Shown piece after piece: positions 1 through 9,229 of a stretch of 64,000 bases of DNA (positions are counted from its first letter, which is position 1; each line of letters opens with the position of its first letter). Source of the DNA: Chlamydiota bacterium. GTDB lineage: Bacteria; Chlamydiota; Chlamydiia; Chlamydiales; SM23-39. The stretch lies in NCBI GenBank assembly GCA_013285585.1, contig JABDHH010000003.1:8786-72785 (forward strand), read 5' to 3'. The position numbers were made by a program, and so were the translations under genes. The notes under the pieces were generated by a model that was given only the letters and a program-made list of their open reading frames with translations, had not been told where the DNA came from and searched no databases.

Positions 1-1701
1 CTTCCTATTTTTCGAGACGATTTGTCCGCCGCTTTGGCCGTCGCTTTGATGACGATCCCTCAGTCGATCGCCTATTCGCTTCTTGCCGACCTTCCTCCGA
101 CGGCGGGTCTTTTCTCCGCGATTTTCGGGACCATTTTTTCAGCGGCTTTCGGATCGTCGCGGCAGCTGATTTCAGGGCCAAGTACTGGCATTGCAATCTT
201 GCTCCAGACTTCGATTGCCCATGTCCTCCATACCTATTTTCCCGCGGTTGCAGGACCGGCCCGCGATGCCCTGGTCCTCCATATCTTGACTCAATTCGTT
301 ATCGTAATGGGATTGATCCAGGTTGGCAGTTCTTTTTTCAACGTCAGCAAGTTGCTTCAATTCGTAAGCCGTCCTGTGATTCTCGGTTATTTTGCCGGGA
401 TTACCGTGGCGATCGCCGTATCGCAAGGATTCAGCTTCATGGGAATTCCTCCCTCGGATGCCAGCTTGACGATTCTTTTTCAAGGGTGGTATCTACTTCT
501 CCATTTGGGGCAGATCCATGGCTGGACGCTGCTCGTCGGCGCTCTGAGCTTGGGATGTTTGCTGGCTCTCCGCATCAGACTGCCGAATTGGCCTAACGCC
601 CTCTTGATGATCATAGGGGCGACTCTGCTGACGAAAGGGTTAGCCTATTTTCTCGGCATCTCGGGCATCATGACTCTGGCCAATTACGAATTGCCTGCCG
701 AACCTTTTTTCCTGCCTACCTTTCCGTTTATAGATCTGGATCTAATCTCTAAAATTTTCCCGGCTGCCTTGGCTCTTGCCTTTTTGGCAATTCTCGAAGT
801 TTTTTCCATTTCTCGGGCTTTTGCGGCCAGAGAGGGACAAAGCGTCCAGCCCAACCAGGATGTCTTTTCCCTAGGCGTGAGCAACGTCATTCTCTCATTC
901 GTTACAGGATCCATGCCTGCCTCAGGGAGCGCGACGAGGACGACGCTGAATGTCCGGCTCCACGCCAAAACCCGCTTCGCCGCCGTTTTCAGCGGCATCA
1001 TTACGGGGATCATCTGCCTGTTCTGCTGGCCGCTCGTAAAGGAAATCCCTCTCGCTGCCTTGGCTGCTCTGTTAATCGCCACCGTCCATACTCTCATGGA
1101 TTGGAATGAAATCAAATTTTCCATCCGGGCGACCCGAGCGGATGCCTGGGTGTTTTTCCTCACGTTCTTTTCTTGCCTGATCTTTACTCTCGATGTCGCG
1201 TTTTTCATCGGCATCGTGATTTCGATCGGCAGCTACTTAAAAAAATCGGCCATGCCCCATCTCGTCGAATACGCCTTTAATTCGAAGGGGAGATTGAGTG
1301 TCGTGAACCCTAAAGACGACGTTCATAGAAAGGTGCGGATCATCGGCATTGGGGGCGACCTGTATTTTGCGACTGCCGATGTGTTTCAAACGGCTTTAGA
1401 AGCTGTCGCCGAGGATAAGAACGTGCAGGCGATCGTCCTTCGTTTGAACAATGTCCATCACATGGATGCGTCGATGTGCTTGGCTATTTTGCGCCTTTTC
1501 GAGTCGCTGAAGTCGTCGGGGCGCTATCTCGTCATCAGCGGGCTGACCGAAGAAGTGTGGCATGTGTTCCACCGGGCAGGGATGGTGAAGAAGATCAGCC
1601 TCGATAATCTCTACTTCACCGATGAGACAAATCCCCAATTTTCAACTTGGAAGGCATGTTTAAGAGCCCAGGAACTCGTGCATAGGCACAGTCCATCATG
1701 A
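1..1701 (+). CDS. SulP family anion (sulfate) transporter with C-terminal STAS domain; 5' end lies before the window
   Basis: Frame open from base 1 (LPIFRDDLSAALAVALMTIPQSIAYS); SSRQLISGP and VSRPVILGYFAG motifs; STAS-like C-terminus (DLYFATAD, HHMDAS). Confidence 0.92.
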   Translation, partial: LPIFRDDLSAALAVALMTIPQSIAYSLLADLPPTAGLFSAIFGTIFSAAFGSSRQLISGPSTGIAILLQTSIAHVLHTYFPAVAGPARDALVLHILTQFVIVMGLIQVGSSFFNVSKLLQFVSRPVILGYFAGITVAIAVSQGFSFMGIPPSDASLTILFQGWYLLLHLGQIHGWTLLVGALSLGCLLALRIRLPNWPNALLMIIGATLLTKGLAYFLGISGIMTLANYELPAEPFFLPTFPFIDLDLISKIFPAALALAFLAILEVFSISRAFAAREGQSVQPNQDVFSLGVSNVILSFVTGSMPASGSATRTTLNVRLHAKTRFAAVFSGIITGIICLFCWPLVKEIPLAALAALLIATVHTLMDWNEIKFSIRATRADAWVFFLTFFSCLIFTLDVAFFIGIVISIGSYLKKSAMPHLVEYAFNSKGRLSVVNPKDDVHRKVRIIGIGGDLYFATADVFQTALEAVAEDKNVQAIVLRLNNVHHMDASMCLAILRLFESLKSSGRYLVISGLTEEVWHVFHRAGMVKKISLDNLYFTDETNPQFSTWKACLRAQELVHRHSPS

Positions 1702-1796
1702 ACGGGCAGAAGCGATTAGGGCGTGTATCCGTAACAGAATGACGGCTCTAAAATAGGGTGGATCAATTTGTAGCGAATAGGCTACACTACGGCTCC

Positions 1797-1957
1797 ATGA
1801 ATATCGAAGTCCTGTATTTTGAGAATGACAACGGGAAATCACCTTACCTTGAATGGGAAAATAAGCTGGATACGGCTGCCCGCGCGGCATAAAAAAGGCG
1901 AAGGAGTATTGGCAACTTTATAAGGATTCGCTCAAAAAAAATGGGAAACATGGTTAA
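1797..1957 (+). pseudogene. RelE/HigB-like addiction-module toxin with internal deletion
   Basis: Manual translation: MNIEVLYFENDNGKSPYLEWENKLDTAARA joined out of frame to IKKAKEYWQLYK. These are the N- and C-termini of this toxin family with the middle missing; lies directly upstream of an antitoxin. Confidence 0.75.
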
Positions 1958-2255
1958 GGCTAAGAACTATAAAGAACATCTTCTAAAGCAGCTCAAAAAA
2001 CCTGAAGAAGCAGCATATCTCAACGCGGCTTTAAATGATGATGATCCTCGCGTATTTCTGCTTGCACTACGCGATATCGCGGAAGCAAAAGGCGGTATGG
2101 GATGGCTTGCCCATCAAGCAGATTTAAATAGAGAAAATCTGTATCGCACCCTTTCATTAAAAGGTAATCCTCGTTTTTTTAACCTTCTTGCTGTTTTAGA
2201 TGCGATCGGTTTAGAGCTGACCATTCGAGCAAGACGAAAATCGATCCGTGCTTAA
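1950..2255 (+). CDS. addiction-module antidote (HTH antitoxin)
   Basis: YLNAAL..DDPRVFLLALRDIAEAKGGMGWLA..ADLNRENLYRTLS..GNP pattern. Confidence 0.88.
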   Translation: MVKAKNYKEHLLKQLKKPEEAAYLNAALNDDDPRVFLLALRDIAEAKGGMGWLAHQADLNRENLYRTLSLKGNPRFFNLLAVLDAIGLELTIRARRKSIRA

Positions 2256-2344
2256 AGACCATTGGATGGCTACCACACTCCTAAAAGGATCAACGGCTGT
2301 AATGACGAAAACTCCAAAATGTTCATGCAGAGGAAATTCTATAG

Positions 2345-2830
2345 ATGAAGAAACAAAAGATAGATTCAACTGATCTGACTCCTGAAATGCAGCTGGCAAC
2401 GGGTGTTGAACAAATTCGCTCCTGCTACAAGGTAATGCACCAACTTCGTCCTCATCTTACCTCGGAGCAAGCATTCGTAAGCCAAGTCCAACGTCAAATC
2501 GAAGAAGGATACCATTTGGCGTACATCCAAGCCTATGGACAAGTAAAAGCTCTCGCTGGTTTCAGGTTATTGGAATTCCTGGCCTGGGGAAAGGTTCTTT
2601 ATATCGATGATCTTGTCTCTGATGCTGCAACAAGAAACAAGGGGTATGGGAGCAAGGTGTTGAAGTGGGTGATCGATGAGGCAAGGAAGGCAAAATGCGA
2701 CCAAGTTCACCTAGACAGCGGTCCTCAACGCCATGATGCTCATAGGCTCTATCTCAACCACGGTTTTAAGATCATTGGCCATCATTTCGCTTGCGATCTG
2801 AAAGAAAGGTTATATACTCCTTCCACTTGA
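2345..2830 (+). CDS. GNAT family N-acetyltransferase (last codons and stop supplied by MITE-B)
   Basis: LYIDDLVS..RNKGYG and LDSG.QR.DAHRLY motifs. Confidence 0.88.
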   Translation: MKKQKIDSTDLTPEMQLATGVEQIRSCYKVMHQLRPHLTSEQAFVSQVQRQIEEGYHLAYIQAYGQVKALAGFRLLEFLAWGKVLYIDDLVSDAATRNKGYGSKVLKWVIDEARKAKCDQVHLDSGPQRHDAHRLYLNHGFKIIGHHFACDLKERLYTPST

Positions 2831-2983
2831 AACCTCTTGCTTTTGCGGTGTCGGACAGCCGCTGAATTTAAATCCGCTTGCATCGCTAAATAATTTATAT
2901 TTAGCTGCTTCAGCGCCGCTAGCGCTGATCCAAATTCAGGGCGCCTCCTTGCAAAATTCGAGAGCTTTCAAGTGGAAGGAGTA
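2815..2983. mobile_element. MITE family B, copy 1 (TA-flanked)
   Basis: TIR tactccttccacttgaaa / tttcaagtggaaggagta flanked by TA on both sides; homologous copies at 58257-58482 and 42198-42264. Confidence 0.85.
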
Positions 2984-3012
2984 TAGACGAATTTAGTACG
3001 TATACGTATAAT
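2984..3012 (+). promoter_or_regulatory. sigma66/70-type promoter with palindromic operator (probably MarR)
   Basis: TAGACG-17bp-TATAAT; perfect palindrome tacgtatacgta at 2997-3008 overlaps the spacer and -10; a MarR gene lies in the downstream operon. Confidence 0.6.
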
Positions 3013-3045
3013 TCAAGGCCTGATCGCTCACCCAGGAGAAATTAT

Positions 3046-3420
3046 ATGTTTACACCCAGCTTAGGCTTCATCCTTCTTTTCGTCTCAAATCCTCAAAAAA
3101 GCAGCCTCTTTTATCAAGAAATTTTGGGAATTCAACCCATCGAAGAGTCTCCTACATTTGTCATGTTTGCTCTCAAAAATGGCGTGATGCTTGGCCTATG
3201 GTCGAAATATACAGCTGAGCCCCGAGTTGAATCGCCTGCTGGCGCTTTGGAAATATGCTTTCCAGCCGAAGATGTAGATGCGCTATACGAATACTGGGGC
3301 AAAAAACACGCGATGATCGCTCAAAAACCAACAGATATGGATTTCGGACGCACCTTTGTTGTCATTGACCCGGATGGACATAGAATCAGAGCCTATAAAC
3401 TTCTAAAGGAGAATCGATGA
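3046..3420 (+). CDS. VOC/glyoxalase-bleomycin resistance family protein
   Basis: SSLFYQEILG and PTDMDFGRTFVVIDPDGHRIR motifs; RBS aggag. Confidence 0.88.
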   Translation: MFTPSLGFILLFVSNPQKSSLFYQEILGIQPIEESPTFVMFALKNGVMLGLWSKYTAEPRVESPAGALEICFPAEDVDALYEYWGKKHAMIAQKPTDMDFGRTFVVIDPDGHRIRAYKLLKENR

Positions 3421-3842
3421 CAAGATATTGGATAGGGGTTGCTTCCCGCGAGCATGTTCAAAGAGGCGTTCAAGGAGGCTTTGCACAAGTCTGTCACGGA
3501 AAGATAGGCACTTTAAACTACATGTCCGAAGGAGATTGGTTGATCTACTACTCCCCAACGTACCACTTTGGAGAGAAAGACGCCTGTCGCTGTTTTACGG
3601 CTATTGGGACAATCGATCAGGGAGAACCCTATACCTTTGAAATGAGTAAGGATTTCATTCCTTGGCGCAGAAACGTAACTTTTTTAAAAGCAAGAGAAAT
3701 GCCTATTGAGCCATTGCTCGAAGAACTTACCTTCATAAAAGATAAGAAGAAATGGGGATTTCCTTTCAGAAGAGGTTCTTTTGAAATTCCTCGAAAAGAC
3801 TTCGAGTTGATCGCAAAAAGCATGGGAGTCTTAAATGAGTGA
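3417..3842 (+). CDS. EVE domain protein
   Basis: YWIGVASREHV.RGV.GGFAQVCHGK, GDWLIYYSP and WGFPFRRG motifs. Confidence 0.88.
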   Translation: MTRYWIGVASREHVQRGVQGGFAQVCHGKIGTLNYMSEGDWLIYYSPTYHFGEKDACRCFTAIGTIDQGEPYTFEMSKDFIPWRRNVTFLKAREMPIEPLLEELTFIKDKKKWGFPFRRGSFEIPRKDFELIAKSMGVLNE

Positions 3843-4308
3843 AAAACCCAATTTCAAAAAGATCAGCGTTCATGAAGGTCCTAAACAAAGTCCAGGTTTT
3901 CTTCTATGGCACATCAGCACCTCATGGAGAAGTAGTATTGAAGATGTTCTTAAAACTTGTGGCTTAACTCATCCTCAATTTGTAGTTCTGGCAGCTACTG
4001 GTTGGTTGACTCGAAATGGCGAGCTCATCACTCAAGTTGCGATAGGAAAAATGGCAGGATTGGATCCAAATACGAACTCTCAAATCCTCAAAGGGCTTGA
4101 ACTAAAGAGATTGGTCAAAAGAAATCCATCTTCTGATGGGCGTGCCAAAAATGTCTTTTTAACTCCACAAGGGTCTCAAATACTAAACCTTGCGCTGCCT
4201 GTAGTCGAACAGGCGGATGCCAGATTTTTCGATCCTCTCAAAAAGACCGAAATCAGTATATTGATTGAGATGTTTCAAAAACTTATATCTCAACCATTCA
4301 CTGATTAA
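3835..4308 (+). CDS. MarR family transcriptional regulator
   Basis: SPGFLLWH, GLTHPQFVVL and DGRAKNVFLTPQG wHTH motifs. Confidence 0.9.
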   Translation: MSEKPNFKKISVHEGPKQSPGFLLWHISTSWRSSIEDVLKTCGLTHPQFVVLAATGWLTRNGELITQVAIGKMAGLDPNTNSQILKGLELKRLVKRNPSSDGRAKNVFLTPQGSQILNLALPVVEQADARFFDPLKKTEISILIEMFQKLISQPFTD

Positions 4309-4324
4309 GAATTGGAATTAAAAC

Positions 4325-4900
4325 ATGGAAAAAAATAAAAACCGATGTTTTGGATCTACTCCTGGCAAAGAATTCTATGCAAACTATCACGATACAGAAT
4401 GGGGCGTTCCAGTTCATGACGATAAGCGCTTATTTGAAATGCTAATCCTTGAGGGAGCTCAGGCGGGATTAAGCTGGGAAACCATTCTCAAAAGACGAGA
4501 AGAATACAGAAAAGCCTTTTATCATTTTGATCCTGTCAAAGTGGCTAAAATGACCGATCAGGAATTGAACGGCCTTCTTGCAAATCAGGGCATCATTCGA
4601 AATCGGTTAAAAATTTATGGTGCTCGTCAAAATGCGATAGTTTTTTTACAAATTCAGAAAGAATTCGGTTCATTCTCCAAATATGTTTGGAACTTTGTAA
4701 ATGACAAGCCCCTTGTAACACGAAGAAAATCTCTCCAGGATCTCCCTGCGTCCACGCCTATCAGCGATGCTCTCTCCAAGGATCTCAAAAAAAGAGGAAT
4801 GACTTTTGTAGGCTCCACAATTATATACGCATTCATGCAAGCAGTTGGACTTATAGACGACCACCTTGCTGATTGTTGGTGTTCAAATCGTTATCCTTAA
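4325..4900 (+). CDS. tag: DNA-3-methyladenine glycosylase I
   Basis: YHDTEWG, LEGAQAGLSW, IIRNRLKI, FVGSTIIYAFMQAVG and DHL..C motifs. Confidence 0.95.
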   Translation: MEKNKNRCFGSTPGKEFYANYHDTEWGVPVHDDKRLFEMLILEGAQAGLSWETILKRREEYRKAFYHFDPVKVAKMTDQELNGLLANQGIIRNRLKIYGARQNAIVFLQIQKEFGSFSKYVWNFVNDKPLVTRRKSLQDLPASTPISDALSKDLKKRGMTFVGSTIIYAFMQAVGLIDDHLADCWCSNRYP

Positions 4901-4904
4901 CATA

Positions 4905-5015
4905 ATGGATTGGGAAGCACTCCCCTTTTATGAAAAGCTGGGATACTCGATTGAATTCACCTGAGAGGGGTATGATAAACATTCAAAGATGTGCATGCTG
5001 AGAAAAAAACTATGA
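4905..5015 (+). pseudogene. C-terminal remnant of a GNAT acetyltransferase with internal stop
   Basis: MDWEALPFYEKLGYSIEFT*EGYDKHSKMCMLRKKL*; FYEKLGY is the GNAT C-terminal motif. Confidence 0.65.
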
Positions 5016-6136
5016 AAATGACTGGTCGAGTGGTTGATTCCATACAAATCATCTATCTAAATGGACCATCGAGCAGCGGGAAGACGACACTCGCAAAGGC
5101 ATTGCAGAATTCATTTGAAAAGCCTTTCCTACATATCGGAGTCGACAAAATTATTGGCTGGATGCCTGATAAAATCAATAATTGGACAGGTGGAGAGGCG
5201 CCTCTTGGATATAGCTGGAAACAAGGGAAGGAGGAATCTGGGAATCCTATCCAAGAATTGCAAGCAGGGCCATTTGCTCAAAAAATTGGCGAAACGTTCC
5301 GAGAAGTCGTACTAGCCCTTGCCAAAATGGGCCATCACCTGATCATTGACGACGTGTCTTTTGGCAAGGGACAAGTTGATGAGTGGAAAAAAGCTCTAAA
5401 GGACTTCCGTGTCTTATGGGTAGGGGTGAGTGCTCCATTGCATGTATTAGAAGAGCGGGAAAAAGATCGAGGTAATCGCATTTTAGGATCAGCACGTGGA
5501 CAATTTCATAAAGTGCATGTTGATGTTACTTATGATCTAGAAATAGATACCCACCAGGCAACTCTTGCTGAAAACATCGAAAAGGTTAAGTCTTTAGCCA
5601 CAGATCATAAAAACAAAAAGGAACGCATTCTCATACGCCCTCTGCAAAAAACCGACATTTCCAAAATAGTCAGTCGATATTCCTTTCCTTGGGCTACACC
5701 CGAAAAGACCGAAGCTCTTTGGAACACCTATTATGAAGAACAGGAAAGCGGGATTCGCACTGTAGCAATATTAGAAAAGAATTGTGAAATCTTGGGTTAC
5801 GGTAGCTTACTTCGCAAATCAGTATGTCCTTTCTTCTTGAGCAGTAATATTCCAGAAATTAACGCCATTTGGATTGATGAGGATCATCGCAGACAAGGTC
5901 TCGGAACGGCGCTCATCAAGTGGATAGAGAACCTTGCAATCGAGGAGGAACACGAACAAATAGGGATTGGGGTTGGGCTATATCGTGATTACGGCCCAGC
6001 ACAACAGCTTTATTTTCAATTGGGCTACATTCCTGATGGCAGTGGCATCACTTACAAAGGTCAACCTACTGTTGCTGGACAAACATACCCATTAGATGAT
6101 GATCTTCTCCTTTGGCTAATAAAGGCGTTACTCTAA
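5012..6136 (+). CDS. chloramphenicol phosphotransferase-like P-loop kinase fused to a GNAT acetyltransferase
   Basis: IIYLNGPSSSGKTT, LIIDDV, RE..RGNR..GSA and YDLEIDT (CPT-like); C-terminal RRQGLGTALI and GVGLYRDYGPAQQLY (GNAT). Confidence 0.85.
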   Translation: MKMTGRVVDSIQIIYLNGPSSSGKTTLAKALQNSFEKPFLHIGVDKIIGWMPDKINNWTGGEAPLGYSWKQGKEESGNPIQELQAGPFAQKIGETFREVVLALAKMGHHLIIDDVSFGKGQVDEWKKALKDFRVLWVGVSAPLHVLEEREKDRGNRILGSARGQFHKVHVDVTYDLEIDTHQATLAENIEKVKSLATDHKNKKERILIRPLQKTDISKIVSRYSFPWATPEKTEALWNTYYEEQESGIRTVAILEKNCEILGYGSLLRKSVCPFFLSSNIPEINAIWIDEDHRRQGLGTALIKWIENLAIEEEHEQIGIGVGLYRDYGPAQQLYFQLGYIPDGSGITYKGQPTVAGQTYPLDDDLLLWLIKALL

Positions 6137-6167
6137 ATGGATTGATCTTTAAAGAAGGATCTTATAG

Positions 6168-6963
6168 ATGCCATCTCCAGATATTCCATATCCTCTTGAA
6201 AAAGTGACAAAAGCTGTCCTCTTTCTCAAAAACTTCATCACTAATCCTAACATTCAAGTAGGCGATTATACCAAATATCAGAAATAACGTTAAGTTTGGC
6301 AAGGAAGCTGCACAAATTTTTTGTCTGGAACGAGTGACCATTGCCAGCATGGCAAGGCACGAGTGAAGACGAAAAATTTGTTGCAGAGCTGACGTAGCCA
6401 AACCCAACGTTATTTCTGATATTTGGTATTATACCTACTACGATGGAAGGGATCATGGAGAAAAATTTGAGACTGAAAACGTGATCTTTGCCAGATCTTG
6501 TCGACTGATTATCGGTAAATTTTGCCAGATTGCCTATGGAACCAAATTTCTTTTGAGCGATGCAAATCATCAAATGAGCGGCTTCTCCACATTTCCGTTC
6601 TTCATTTTTGGCAACATGGCTGAAGGATGTCTCTCATGGGCTGACTACAAACTTGATCTGCCTAATAAAGGAGATACGATTATTGGAAATGATGTCTGGT
6701 TTGGACATGAGGCAATGATCATGCAAGGAGTAAAAATTGGCGATGGAGCAATCATTGCAGCAAGAAGCGTTGTGGTAAAAGATGTCCCTCCCTACACGAT
6801 CGTAGGAGGCAACCCTGCTAAAACCATCCGCAAGCGGTTCTCTGATGAAATCATAGAACAGCTGATCAAAATTGAATGGTGGAATTGGGATTATGAAAAA
6901 ATCACTCGCAATATCCCGGCTATTGTTGGCGCGGACATTGAAATGCTTCTGAGGGCTAAATGA
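6168..6963 (+). pseudogene. Vat/CatB-like xenobiotic O-acetyltransferase interrupted by MITE-A
   Basis: Removing 163 bp (element plus one TSD) restores a 210-aa ORF: MPSPDIPYP..NPNIQVGDYTYYD..IGKFCQIA..IGNDVWFG..VGGNPAK.IRKRF..WWNW. Confidence 0.9.
6269..6428 (-). mobile_element. MITE family A, copy 1 (160 bp, TSD TTA)
   Basis: TIR taccaaatatcagaaataacgtt...aacgttatttctgatatttggta; TTA at 6266-68 and 6429-31. Confidence 0.95.
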
Positions 6964-7412
6964 TGCGTAATGCTCATCTTCAACCGCGGCTCGTGTCTTC
7001 AGAAAAGGAGAAAAAGGAGGCACTTGATTTCAGGCAGAAGCACTTCTTTGATCGATTGGGGTTTCAAGACCCATACCGTTGGACTTTAGATGAGAAAGCT
7101 CAGCTTCATTGGCTTTTATATGAGGGGGATAGAGTTGTTGGTTACGCTCATGTGCAAATTTGGCCAGACGATAGGGCTGCACTGCGGATTATAGTGATTG
7201 ATGAACAAATGAGGGGCCAGGGAAAGGGAAAATATCTGATGGATTATTGTGAACGGGAGCTGAAAGAGCAAGGGGTAAAACTTCTCCAAACAGAAGCCTC
7301 TCCCAATGCCTACCCTTTCTACAAGAAGCTTGGATATATAGAGATGCCATTCAACAATCCAGAAGGAGAGCCCACCCATCCAAATGATCGAGCAATGGGA
7401 AAATACTTATAA
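6960..7412 (+). CDS. GNAT family N-acetyltransferase
   Basis: LRIIVIDEQMRGQGKG and FYKKLGY motifs. Confidence 0.88.
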   Translation: MMRNAHLQPRLVSSEKEKKEALDFRQKHFFDRLGFQDPYRWTLDEKAQLHWLLYEGDRVVGYAHVQIWPDDRAALRIIVIDEQMRGQGKGKYLMDYCERELKEQGVKLLQTEASPNAYPFYKKLGYIEMPFNNPEGEPTHPNDRAMGKYL

Positions 7413-7593
7413 AAATCGCCTTTCTTTTTTATGAGGGTATGACTGCCCTAGATGCAATAGGACCGCACGAAATATTGAAACGTGATCTCCTCATAAAAAA
7501 TTCGCCAATCTGATTTGAGAAAATCCAAAAACTCACAGACGATTTCCATTTCAAAACTTTCCGAGGATAGAATTTTTTTCTATGAAGAGATAA

Positions 7594-7753
7594 TACCAAA
7601 TATCAGAAATAACGTTGGGTTTGGCTACGTCAGCTCTGCAACAAATTTTTCGTCTTCACTCGTGCCTTGCCATGCTGGCAATGGTCACTCGTTCCAGACA
7701 AAAAATTTGTGCAGCTTCCTTGCCAAACCCAACGTTATTTCTGATATTTGGTA
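7594..7753 (+). mobile_element. MITE family A, copy 2 (TSD TAA, intergenic)
   Basis: Same 160-bp element in opposite orientation; TAA at 7591-93 and 7754-56. Confidence 0.95.
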
Positions 7754-7780
7754 TAACATGTTCGTCCAGACGGAAGCGAC

Positions 7781-7975
7781 ATGACCCATATTGGATTAGA
7801 ACACAGCGACTACATTGTCTATGTCGATGAAAGCGGCGACTCGCTATGCAGCTGGGCCTTGAAAAATTATTTCGACTACTACAGGAGCATAACCAGCATG
7901 CTCGTCTCACCCATGTTATCTTCGAGGCACGTGGTCGATGTGAAGACCTTGTTAGAGTTTGGTAGTGGCTTCTAA
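7781..7975 (+). pseudogene. probable DUF3800-like N-terminal fragment
   Basis: YIVYVDESGD motif followed by sequence with no recognisable homology; only 64 aa. Confidence 0.4.
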
Positions 7976-9058
7976 AATCCAATCAGATAGGGTATCTAAA
8001 ACTACAGGTGCAATAGTTTCTTCAATTTTCCCATACTCTAAAATGGATCCAGTTTCACATGTTTGAAAGAAATGATTCAGTTTTGCAAATTCAATAATCC
8101 TATAATTTCGGTTCCCAGCCTCTTCAAGAATTTTAGCGATGACAGGAAGATTTTGTTTTGGAGAAACTTGTGAATCGAGTTCGCCATTGATCACCAAAAC
8201 AGGAATCTTAAGATGCTTTAATGAAATTGTTGGATCGTAAGTCAAATAATATCGGAACCATCTTGAGTTGCAACGCTTCATCTGGGCTTCCATGGCATCA
8301 GCACTTGTTTGTTGCTCCTCTTTGGGTAGATTGACCAACTGTTTTGCGACGATTTCTCGTAGCAGTTTCTCAGTTTTTTCAAGATCAGATTCATTTTTGA
8401 TTACAGACAACACTTGCCTTTGAAAATCAAGTTGATGACTTATCTGTTCTTCTGTAACTCCCATAGCACGAGAAATTAGAGCTTCTTGCGCATAAACAAT
8501 TGCTTCACCAGTTACGCAGGGTCCTGCCATTAACACTATAAAAGCTACATCATTCGATTTAACCGCTATCATTGGGGCAATCAGCCCCCCTTCACTATGA
8601 CCAATCAAACCTATCCGTTCTGCATCAACTTCCTTCCGAGTTTTCAAATATTCGACACCAGCTAATGCGTCAGCAGCAAAATCTTCAGTTGTCGCAACGT
8701 CGTAATTTCCCGTGGATTGCCCAATCCCACGCTTATCTACGCGTAATACTGCAAAACCTTGTTTTGTAAGATGGTCAGCTAAGACCAAAAAAGGCTTGTG
8801 TCCAAATACGGTTTCATTACGATCAATTGGGCCAGAGCCAGCAATGAGTAAAACAGCAGGAGATGGTTTTCCTGACCTGGGAAGGGTTAAAGTGCCAGCC
8901 AAGGTCACGTTTGCAGTTACATTAGAGTATTTCACTTCTTCTGCATCGTAAGAAATGGCGCTTTTTGGCTCTTGAGGACGTAAAGGCGCAGAAACCTCTT
9001 CAAGTGATTCATCTAAAGCAGCAAACAGACTGAATACAGTAAATAATTGTTTAATCAT
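7952..9058 (-). CDS. alpha/beta hydrolase (serine peptidase/esterase-like)
   Basis: LAGTLTLP, GSGPIDRNE, DKRGIG.STG, GHSEGG nucleophile elbow and LNHFFQ motifs; start taken at MIKQLF. Confidence 0.88.
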   Translation of the reverse strand: MIKQLFTVFSLFAALDESLEEVSAPLRPQEPKSAISYDAEEVKYSNVTANVTLAGTLTLPRSGKPSPAVLLIAGSGPIDRNETVFGHKPFLVLADHLTKQGFAVLRVDKRGIGQSTGNYDVATTEDFAADALAGVEYLKTRKEVDAERIGLIGHSEGGLIAPMIAVKSNDVAFIVLMAGPCVTGEAIVYAQEALISRAMGVTEEQISHQLDFQRQVLSVIKNESDLEKTEKLLREIVAKQLVNLPKEEQQTSADAMEAQMKRCNSRWFRYYLTYDPTISLKHLKIPVLVINGELDSQVSPKQNLPVIAKILEEAGNRNYRIIEFAKLNHFFQTCETGSILEYGKIEETIAPVVLDTLSDWILEATTKL

Positions 9059-9229
9059 CCAAGTCCTTGTTTTATTTTCTAGGTCCTCCAAAAAAGCAAG
9101 ATGTGAAGGCAGAGTATCACAAATTAAACATAATGATTCAATCGAGAAGGGGTGCGATTTGGTGCGCGCGCTTTCTAAATCCATGGCACGCTAGTGGCAC
9201 AGCGAGGCCCTAATTATAGCACTTCCTAT

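Noticed and set aside
9185-9200. Sigma54 promoter or CIRCE-like motif (tggcacgctagtggc)
   Set aside because: Imperfect -12, no plus-strand gene downstream, and no CIRCE inverted repeat
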